From Candidatus Levybacteria bacterium GW2011_GWA1_37_16 (GTDB lineage Bacteria > Patescibacteriota > Microgenomatia > Levybacterales > UBA12049), in NCBI GenBank assembly GCA_943357985.1, contig CALRGR010000002.1, positions 306 to 64,305 on the forward strand: a DNA stretch of 64,000 bases. Reading direction: 5' to 3'. How positions within the stretch are numbered: the first letter of the stretch is position 1; every line of letters begins with the position of its first letter. The notes beneath the pieces were generated by a model. It was not told the DNA's origin. It worked only from the letters and a program-made list of their open reading frames with translations, and searched no databases. Both the position numbers and the translations under genes were made by a program. Shown piece after piece: positions 56,588-64,000 of the stretch.

Positions 56588-56971
56588 ATGAACTCAATTA
56601 GCAGAACACCGGCAAGAGCTACTATTGTTGAATTTCTATCCAAATCCTATTCTCCCGTAGACGTTTCTCAGATTGTTAATTTCTTAAGGGCAAAAAATTT
56701 AAGTACAAATAAAGTAACCGTTTACAGAGTCATGGACTTTCTTTTAGAAAAAGGTTTTATAGATAAGGTTGAGTTTAGAGAAGGGAAGTTTAGATACGAA
56801 ATCAAAAGAGATGACCACCACCACTTTATTTGCCAAAACTGTGATGTAGTAGAGGACATTTCGGATTGTAATATTTCTGTGCTTGTTGAGGAAATCCAAA
56901 AAAAGAAAGGCATTCTAATTAAAAAACATTCTTTGGAGTTTTTTGGAATATGCAAGAATTGTCAACTTTAG
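56588..56971 (+). CDS. zur: Fur-family metalloregulator (probably Zur); start moved to the ATG at 56588 (leaderless)
   Basis: wHTH, HHHF, CQNC...CKNC metal sites; followed by zupT. The TTG start in the ORF track lies upstream of the -10 box. Confidence 0.75.
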   Translation: MNSISRTPARATIVEFLSKSYSPVDVSQIVNFLRAKNLSTNKVTVYRVMDFLLEKGFIDKVEFREGKFRYEIKRDDHHHFICQNCDVVEDISDCNISVLVEEIQKKKGILIKKHSLEFFGICKNCQL

Positions 56972-57705
56972 TTAACATATTACTGGCGACTTTTATGGGC
57001 AGCATAGCCGCTCTTATTGGCGGAATTATTCTTTTATCCAAGGAAAAGTTAGCCCTAAAAATTTCTCATTTTCTAGCTTCATTTGCAGCCGGAATACTGC
57101 TTGGTACCGCATTCTTTGATCTTCTTCCTGAGGCATTGCATGGGGGTGGGGAAGATGTGCTATTCTGGACGCTTTTTGGAATTATATTGTTCTTTCTAAT
57201 TGAAAGATTTATTCATTGGTTTCACCATCATGAACAGTTTGAAGGAGAAAGAGAATCAAAAACCACACTGCCGCTTATAGTAATTGGAGATACTGTGCAT
57301 AATTTTATTGACGGAGTTGTTATTGCTGCAACTTTTATGACAAGTCCGGCTCTTGGAATTGCAACTACGCTTGCCGTATTTGCTCATGAGATGCCGCAGG
57401 AAATAGGAGATTTTGGGTTAATGTTGCATAAGGGAATGGCAAGAAGAAAGATAATCATAGTTAACATAGCAAGCGCCGTAATATCATTTGCAGGCGCTAT
57501 CTTAACTTTTCTACTAGGGAATTTTCTTGAGCCTTATATACCAGTACTTCTGGCAATTACAGCAGGATTTTTTATCTATATTGCTTCTTCTGATTTAATT
57601 CCTGAGATTCATTATGAAAAGAGACACGGATTTGCCGCAGTCGAAAGTCTTCTTCTGGTCTTGGGAGTTGTTATTATGTGGATTGTTGCTTCAGCGATTA
57701 TTTAA
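56950..57705 (+). CDS. zupT: ZIP-family zinc transporter
   Basis: HNFIDGVVIAA...AHEMPQEIGDF motifs; 8 TM helices. Confidence 0.85.
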   Translation: MQELSTLVNILLATFMGSIAALIGGIILLSKEKLALKISHFLASFAAGILLGTAFFDLLPEALHGGGEDVLFWTLFGIILFFLIERFIHWFHHHEQFEGERESKTTLPLIVIGDTVHNFIDGVVIAATFMTSPALGIATTLAVFAHEMPQEIGDFGLMLHKGMARRKIIIVNIASAVISFAGAILTFLLGNFLEPYIPVLLAITAGFFIYIASSDLIPEIHYEKRHGFAAVESLLLVLGVVIMWIVASAII

Positions 57706-58489
57706 GAAGTTTATCGATGGCTGCTGTTATAGATTCTTTAGGTTGAGCTCCAACTATTGCCTCTCCTTTTCCATCCCGATCTATTATAAAGCTTGTTGGT
57801 GTGCCAGTTACTCCTGCTGCCGAGCCTTCCGCAAACTGATCCTGAACTTTTTTAGTGTACTTTCCAGTATCAAGACAGCTTTGGAAGGATTGCTGATTGA
57901 CTCCTACTTCTGCTGCCAAAGGTCCTAGTTTATCTAGAGCAAATCCTGTTCCGTTTGAAGTAGTTCTTTCAAATAACTTGTCAATAAAATTCCAAAAGGA
58001 ATCATTTCCGCCTAACTCCGCAACGCATTCTGAGGCTTCTGCTTCTTTTTGTGCATTTGCATGAAATGAGAGAGGATAGTGTCTGTATACAAGCTTTACC
58101 TTGTCTGGGTAAGTTTTTAATATGTCATTTACGTTTGGGTGGAAAGTTTTGCAGAAAGGACACTCTAGGTCCGAATATTCAATTATAGCCACTTTTGCAT
58201 CCTTATTTCCTCTTATATGGTCACTGTCGGAAATCGGTTTTACTTTATCTACAGCCAATGTGGGAGCAGCTCTTGGGGGAGCGGCTTGAGGAACGGCTTG
58301 TCCAACAGCTGTTCCAATTGTAGCGCCTTTTTTAAGATATTCAACTTGGCTTGAAAGTCTTCCCAGGAAAAAAGATGCAATAAGAAGAAGAACCATAAGA
58401 ACGGGAAGGTAGGAAGTGTTTTTCAAAGAGAGTTTTGGAACTCTGATACTATAACTTTCTGAACTTTTTGAGGAAGCTTTTGTTACCAT
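57698..58489 (-). CDS. DsbA-like thiol:disulfide oxidoreductase (membrane-anchored, CPFC active site)
   Basis: N-terminal TM helix; thioredoxin fold with CPFC. Confidence 0.7.
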   Translation of the reverse strand: MVTKASSKSSESYSIRVPKLSLKNTSYLPVLMVLLLIASFFLGRLSSQVEYLKKGATIGTAVGQAVPQAAPPRAAPTLAVDKVKPISDSDHIRGNKDAKVAIIEYSDLECPFCKTFHPNVNDILKTYPDKVKLVYRHYPLSFHANAQKEAEASECVAELGGNDSFWNFIDKLFERTTSNGTGFALDKLGPLAAEVGVNQQSFQSCLDTGKYTKKVQDQFAEGSAAGVTGTPTSFIIDRDGKGEAIVGAQPKESITAAIDKLLK

Positions 58490-58555
58490 AGGAATATCTT
58501 ATTCTAAAGATTTGGCAAAAGGATTGTCAAGCCCCAAACTGTCTGCACAATTGAG

Positions 58556-58720
58556 TCAAGAGGTAGGTTTCACTTTTCCATGTGTTGATTTCTGTGTTCT
58601 GCTAGTCTCATTTTGCTTTTTTGTCACAAAGCACTCTTTAAGAGACTTAAATGATATTACTTCATGAAAATTTATAGGCATTGGCCATGATTCTAAAAAT
58701 GCTCCCGATGTTTTATTCAT
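58556..58720 (-). CDS. Unannotated small ORF (~54 aa) with a strong RBS (AAAGGAGGTGA-atc-ATG) upstream of the DsbA gene
   Basis: Read from the minus strand: MNKTSGAFLESWPMPINFHEVISFKSLKECFVTKKQNETSRTQKSTHGKVKPTS; below the ORF-track length cutoff. Confidence 0.3.
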   Translation of the reverse strand: MNKTSGAFLESWPMPINFHEVISFKSLKECFVTKKQNETSRTQKSTHGKVKPTS

Positions 58721-58847
58721 GATTCACCTCCTTTCATAAGATGATTTTAAGACGATATGTAAATAGTTACAGTGATGTTTATTACTAAAAATTTGTGAGA
58801 TTTTTAACAATTATTGATTAATTGCTTTTATTGTTCTAGAATTAGGA

Positions 58848-59504
58848 TTGGTGGACAGAGAAGAATCCTCTAGGAAAATTATAGATTTCTTCGAGAATTT
58901 TCGCCTTTTACATTATAAAAAGGGTGAAATAATACTGCGTCCTTTTGAAACGCCTCAAGGAGTTTTTTATCTAAAAAGCGGTTATGTTAGGCTCTATTCA
59001 GTGTCAGAAGATGGTCAAGAACTTTCTCTGATAATCTTCAAGCCTGGAGATTTTTTTCCTGTGATTTGGCTTATAAATAACACACAAAATGAGTATTACG
59101 TAGATTCACTTACTTCTTCATCTTTGCTTCTTGTACCAAAAGATAAATTTCTGCAGTTTATACATAGAGATAAAGACATATTATTTGAGTTAACATCAAG
59201 GGCTCTTACCCGTCTTGGGGGACTTTTGGAAAGAATGAATTATCTGGTTTACGGTAATGCCGGCCAAAAGCTTGCTTCAATAATTTTAATTCTAGTAGAG
59301 CGTTTTGGAGAGAAAAAAGGAAAAGAGATAGAGATACCAATTTCAATGACGCATAAAGACATAGCAGCGCTCCTTGGCGTAGCCAGGGAAACCGTAAGCA
59401 TAGAACTTAAAAAATTGGAAAGAAAGGGCCTAATAGAAATCAAAAATAGACATCTAATTGTCAAAAAGAAAGAGTTACTTGAGAAAGAAGCTTTATTGTC
59501 TTAA
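58848..59504 (+). CDS. Crp/Fnr-family transcriptional regulator
   Basis: cNMP-binding beta-barrel plus C-terminal HTH (HKDIAALLGVARETVSIELKKLERKG). Confidence 0.75.
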   Translation: MVDREESSRKIIDFFENFRLLHYKKGEIILRPFETPQGVFYLKSGYVRLYSVSEDGQELSLIIFKPGDFFPVIWLINNTQNEYYVDSLTSSSLLLVPKDKFLQFIHRDKDILFELTSRALTRLGGLLERMNYLVYGNAGQKLASIILILVERFGEKKGKEIEIPISMTHKDIAALLGVARETVSIELKKLERKGLIEIKNRHLIVKKKELLEKEALLS

Positions 59505-59510
59505 GTCTAA

Positions 59511-60161
59511 TTACTTAAGGAGAGCATCAATTTTGCTTTTTAGGTCATTGAAAGAGGCAAGTCCCGTTACTTTCTCCCCGTTTAAATAAAAGGTGGGGGT
59601 AGAATTAACTCCAAGACTAACTCCATCATTTATGTCTGCCTTAATTTTGTCTGAATATTTATTTCCTTCTACATCATTTTTGAATTTATCGGTGTCAAGC
59701 CCAATGCTTTTTGCATATTCGGTAAACATGTCAAGTGGGTTACTACTGCTACTCCATGCGCTTTGGTTTTCAAATAGCATATCGTGCATCTGCCAATATT
59801 TTCCTTGCGCGCCGGCTGCCTCTGCAGCCTCTGCTGCAATTTTAGAATTTTGGTGTATTGATAAAGGGAAGTTTCTGTATACAAATAAAACTTTATCTTT
59901 GTAATCATTTATTATCTGTTTTATTATTGGATAAGCTGCGCCGCAAGCTGGACATTGGTAGTCGCTAAATTCAACAAGTGTGACTTTTGCTGACGCGCTC
60001 CCCAGTTTATCACTGTCGCTTCTGAATAAAATTTTAGGATCTGCTTTTGTAGTAGAAGTTATTGGAGTAGACGTGTTACCGCTTAAAAGAACTACTGCTC
60101 CAACAAGGATTGCAATAGCTACTGCTCCAACTCCCAAAAGTATTTTTGCTTCTTGTTTCAT
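59511..60161 (-). CDS. DsbA-like thiol:disulfide oxidoreductase (CPAC active site), second paralog
   Basis: Signal/TM N-terminus; YQCPACG. Confidence 0.75.
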   Translation of the reverse strand: MKQEAKILLGVGAVAIAILVGAVVLLSGNTSTPITSTTKADPKILFRSDSDKLGSASAKVTLVEFSDYQCPACGAAYPIIKQIINDYKDKVLFVYRNFPLSIHQNSKIAAEAAEAAGAQGKYWQMHDMLFENQSAWSSSSNPLDMFTEYAKSIGLDTDKFKNDVEGNKYSDKIKADINDGVSLGVNSTPTFYLNGEKVTGLASFNDLKSKIDALLK

Positions 60162-60631
60162 TTTGTTTTTTTCTTAAGCACTAAAACCATGCAAAAAGTT
60201 ATTATAGCAAAAGAAATAAAAGAGAGAAGGGGAATTGTTACAAATCCAAAAAGTTCAAGCTGTTTTTGTGTGCAAGAAGCGCCAATCGTGCAGGGACTTA
60301 TTGTTTCCGGAATTAAACCGTAATATAAAAGGTTATGATAGGAAGCAACAATTAGCCCCCCGATACTTAAAGGAAGAGCGTAAAACGGCATGTTTTTATC
60401 TTTTCTTAAAATTCCAACTGCTATTACTACCACAAGCGGAAACATAAGTGCGCGCTGGTACCAGCATAATTCGCATGGAGGAAAATGTAGAAACCTACTC
60501 ATAAATAGACTTCCTAAAGTTGCAAGAAGTGCTTGTGTCCAGGCTACATAAGAAAATGTTTTCACAAATGATAGTATAGCAAAAATATCATTGACAGGAA
60601 CTCTTCTTGTTTGGTATTCTAAAACTCTCAT
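60158..60631 (-). CDS. Disulfide bond formation protein DsbB-like; start uncertain (taken at MRVLEY)
   Basis: PPCELCWYQR resembles E. coli DsbB CVLCIYER; 4 TM helices; ATGA overlap with dsbA. Confidence 0.6.
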   Translation of the reverse strand: MRVLEYQTRRVPVNDIFAILSFVKTFSYVAWTQALLATLGSLFMSRFLHFPPCELCWYQRALMFPLVVVIAVGILRKDKNMPFYALPLSIGGLIVASYHNLLYYGLIPETISPCTIGASCTQKQLELFGFVTIPLLSFISFAIITFCMVLVLKKKTK

Positions 60632-60641
60632 AAATAAAAAT

Positions 60642-60962
60642 ATGTCGGATATTATATTTACAGATAACAATTTTGAACAAGAGGTGTTGAAATCCGATAC
60701 TCCTGTTCTTGTTGATTTTTGGGCCCCTTGGTGCGCTCCTTGCAGCATTGTTACCCCAATTGTTGAAGAGTTGGCAAAAGAATATGAAGGCAAAATAAAA
60801 ATATGCAAAGTTAATGTTGATGAAAATCCTAAGGCTGCTCAGAACTTTTCTGTCATGAGTATTCCAACTGTTATTCTATTCAAAGCAGGAAAACCGGGAA
60901 AGACAATAATTGGTGCACAAAGCAAAGATAACTACAAAAAGGCAATTGAAGAATTGCTCTAA
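60642..60962 (+). CDS. trxA: Thioredoxin
   Basis: MSDIIFTDNNFEQEVL...VDFWAPWCAPC (WCxPC). Confidence 0.85.
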   Translation: MSDIIFTDNNFEQEVLKSDTPVLVDFWAPWCAPCSIVTPIVEELAKEYEGKIKICKVNVDENPKAAQNFSVMSIPTVILFKAGKPGKTIIGAQSKDNYKKAIEELL

Positions 60963-60968
60963 TACCAC

Positions 60969-61892
60969 ATGGACGAAAAACTATTTGACGTAATCATCAT
61001 TGGTTCCGGCCCCTCCGGCCTCACAGCAGCCATTTATACAACCCGTGCAAACCTAAAAACTCTAATTGTTGCTGGAGGAAGATGGGGTGGGCAGTTAATG
61101 CTTACAACTCTTGTTGAGAATTTTCCGGGCTTTCCAGAGGGAATTCAAGGACCCGATTTAATGCTTGCAATGCGAAAACAGGCGGAGAAGTTTGGTACTC
61201 AAATAGTTGAAGAAGACTTTGTAGAAGGGGATTTTTCTAAGTCACCACTTGTTGTAAAAACCGGATCCAACTCTTATGAGGGCAAGACTGTTATTATTGC
61301 AACTGGAGCTGACACTAAATGGCTTGACGCTCCCGGTGAAAAAGAAAAAATAGGCCGGGGAGTTTCAAGTTGTGCACCATGTGACGCTCCATTCTTCCGC
61401 AATCTTGACGTAATTGTTGTCGGCGGTGGAGATTCTGCCATGGAAGAAGCCACGGTTTTGACCAAATTTGCAAAGGCCGTAAATGTAGTCTATCGAGGTG
61501 AAACTCTCCGTGCCTCCCAAATAATGCAAGAAAGAGCCAAGAAAAACCCAAAAATTAAGTTCATTTTCAATAGCGAAGTCACAGAAATTTTAGGAGAAGA
61601 GAAGGTAGCGGGTGTAAAAATTAAAAATAATAAAACCAACGAGGAGTCGCAGATGCTAGTTCAGGGAGTTTTTGTAGCAATAGGGCACATACCAAACACG
61701 ACGGTTTTCAAAGGAATTGATTTAGATGAGCATGGATTTATAAAAGTTTATGATCATACAAAAACAAACCTTGACAGGGTTTATGTTGCAGGAGATGTGC
61801 ATGATAATACTTATAAACAGGCAGTAACAGCAGCAGGATTTGGAACTATGGCCGCACTAGACGTAGAAAAATTCCTCCGCGAGCAAGAATAG
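60969..61892 (+). CDS. trxB: Thioredoxin reductase (NADPH)
   Basis: FAD motif IIGSGPSGLTAA, redox-active CAPC, NADPH motif VVGGGDSAMEEA. Confidence 0.85.
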   Translation: MDEKLFDVIIIGSGPSGLTAAIYTTRANLKTLIVAGGRWGGQLMLTTLVENFPGFPEGIQGPDLMLAMRKQAEKFGTQIVEEDFVEGDFSKSPLVVKTGSNSYEGKTVIIATGADTKWLDAPGEKEKIGRGVSSCAPCDAPFFRNLDVIVVGGGDSAMEEATVLTKFAKAVNVVYRGETLRASQIMQERAKKNPKIKFIFNSEVTEILGEEKVAGVKIKNNKTNEESQMLVQGVFVAIGHIPNTTVFKGIDLDEHGFIKVYDHTKTNLDRVYVAGDVHDNTYKQAVTAAGFGTMAALDVEKFLREQE

Positions 61893-61913
61893 CTTGACAA
61901 GATAGACTTAATA

Positions 61914-62702
61914 GTGCTTAATCAGCTTATGGCAGACGGAACTCCAACCCCAGAATCAGGTTCTCAAGATCAGAAAGGATTTCTTCAAAAGCGTATAACC
62001 CGTAGGCAAGTATTAAGCGGAATTAAAGAAGTAGGAAAAGGCGTTGCTGCAGTAGCATTAGTAAGTGCAATTCCAAGCGTTGCTGTTGGAGGTTTGGCTG
62101 CCGCCGATGCCGTAAACAGACATAATGCAGAAGTGACATCGAGAAAATATGAAGAGATTAAGAATAGTAAGGAAGTGAGCCTAGTTGATAAAGAACTCGT
62201 TCCTCAAGATTCAGCCAAAAAAGACGTAAGAAGGATAGTAGTTGAAGACTTATTTCCGCGTTTAGGGCTGGGAGATATTCCTAATGTGCGCGGTGTTGAA
62301 TTTCCAATTGCTCACAAACTTCCTGATTTTATGCGCCAGCGTGGGACTGAAGCAGAGGCTACAAACAGAATAAACGCCAGACATAAGGCATCATTTACGA
62401 TTGGCGGATTAGATATATCCACACGAGCTGTCTATTATCCAGGTGGTAATACTATAGATGAAGTTAGAGTAAGCTTCACGGATGAATCCGGTGAAAAGAT
62501 TAATCTTAATTTTGGTAGAGACAATAGTGATTATGTAGGCCCTGGTTACTCTAAAAATGATGCCTATACAAAGCCTCTTAGAAAAGCAATGCCACATACT
62601 TTACTAAAAGCAATGAATGATGCAATAGTTAATAGATCTAAGATTGCCGTAAGGGAATCATACATGGTAGAAGTGCAGGCGCCTTCAGCCCCAAAAGTCT
62701 AA
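61914..62702 (+). CDS. Hypothetical exported protein with a twin-arginine-like signal (TRRQVLSG)
   Basis: ORF track; RR motif followed by a hydrophobic stretch. Confidence 0.35.
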   Translation: MLNQLMADGTPTPESGSQDQKGFLQKRITRRQVLSGIKEVGKGVAAVALVSAIPSVAVGGLAAADAVNRHNAEVTSRKYEEIKNSKEVSLVDKELVPQDSAKKDVRRIVVEDLFPRLGLGDIPNVRGVEFPIAHKLPDFMRQRGTEAEATNRINARHKASFTIGGLDISTRAVYYPGGNTIDEVRVSFTDESGEKINLNFGRDNSDYVGPGYSKNDAYTKPLRKAMPHTLLKAMNDAIVNRSKIAVRESYMVEVQAPSAPKV

Positions 62703-62901
62703 TTTCTTATCTACTTTGTACCCCTTGACAGCCTCCACGTTAAATTGTAAAATAGATTTTACCTTTTGGGAAATTTAGATATTTATGATTTTGATAAAAA
62801 ATTAACTTCAATACATTCGCCTAGGCGAATCCCTATTGGTCTCTTCGTGTCTTAGTTTCTCTATAAAGGTTTGAAAATTTAGTGTTGGACTTGAGTCTTA
62901 C

Positions 62902-62974
62902 GGGCCCGAAGTTTACCCGGTTGAACGCCTCGTTTGCAACGAGGAGGTAGGGAGTTCGACTCTCCTCGGGTCCA
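62902..62974 (+). tRNA. tRNA-Ala (anticodon UGC)
   Basis: Hand-folded. Acceptor GGGCCCG/CGGGTCC with the G3-U70 Ala identity pair, D-arm GTTT-ACCCGGTT-GAAC, anticodon loop TTTGCAA, T-arm GGGAG-TTCGACT-CTCCT. Confidence 0.85.
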
Positions 62975-63271
62975 CCCAGATAGGGAATAGGGATTAGCGT
63001 ATAGGGTATAGTTTCTTGACGCTTTGAGTTTAGAATTTACTAAACGCTAAACGCTAGCAACTAAAACCTAATTTTAGTCATTGCTTTTTGGTCTTCGTTA
63101 CGCAAGTTCTGCGTCAAGACCAGAAAATAGTGACTAAGTCTTAAATTAGCTCTTTAACAAGCGAAGAGAAGAAATGTAAGCCTACGTTCACTGGGGTGAA
63201 CGTAGCATAGTAAGTAATTACCTACTAAATTGTACGTCTGGATTAATAGGATTCAGGGAGCGATTTAATAG

Positions 63272-64000
<729 letters not shown>

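Noticed and set aside
62873-62980. tmRNA or tRNA-Sec/class II tRNA suggested by GGAGTTCGACTCTCC...TCCACCCA and a possible 8-bp acceptor starting at GGACTTGA
   Set aside because: Refolding gives a standard 73-nt tRNA-Ala(UGC) starting at 62902, with a G3-U70 pair, a normal D-arm and a TTTGCAA anticodon loop. The upstream GGACTTG complementarity is coincidental, and no tmRNA 5' domain or tag ORF is present.

Overview
The window is a low-GC (~38-40%), gene-dense bacterial chromosome segment coded on both strands. It carries about 70 protein genes, three tRNAs, and the 5' ~730 nt of a 23S rRNA that has only tRNA-Ala upstream and no 16S within 9 kb. Several traits together suggest a reduced-genome Patescibacteria/CPR-like organism, which is an inference. 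These traits are a split transketolase, an ATP-dependent DNA ligase, a stand-alone 5'-3' exonuclease, proteins that have only a LytR_C domain, many hypothetical proteins, promoters 6-7 nt from the ATG, a tRNA-Ile with a UAU anticodon, and an unlinked 23S.

Housekeeping content:
- Cell wall: SpoIID/LytB, two tandem PBP1a paralogs, murD, a GT4 glycosyltransferase, ftsB/divIC, ftsH.
- Pentose phosphate and glycolysis: a PfkB kinase, rpiB, rpe, tkt (split), pgk, gap, fbp, glycerate kinase.
- Nucleotide and DNA metabolism: nrdR with a B12-dependent nrdJ and a PduO-type adenosyltransferase, pyrH, recF, an ATP-dependent DNA ligase, an EndoQ-like PHP nuclease, and a 5'-3' exonuclease.
- Redox and metal: a thiol-disulfide island (two DsbA, DsbB, a Crp/Fnr regulator, trxA, trxB) and a zur-zupT pair.

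Most unusual items:
1. An uncharacterised three-gene module at 28746..32712, made of a Zn-ribbon protein, a Pro-rich small protein, and a membrane-anchored FtsK/TraD/VirD4-like ATPase. It sits against tRNA-Ile, with a Xer-like recombinase 2 kb downstream.
2. A dispersed ~25-nt hairpin repeat with the core TTCG-N-GCTCAGG (consensus GTCATCCTGAGC..CGAAGGATC). Copies lie inside pth (an in-frame insertion) and inside nrdJ, supply the rpiB stop codon, and sit in a decayed fpg remnant.
3. Leaderless-type promoters, including a zur promoter with a palindromic operator in its spacer.
4. Two loci where consecutive ORFs share one frame and are separated only by single stop codons.

Standard genetic code applies (TGA is used as a stop). 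No CRISPR array or transposase was seen.
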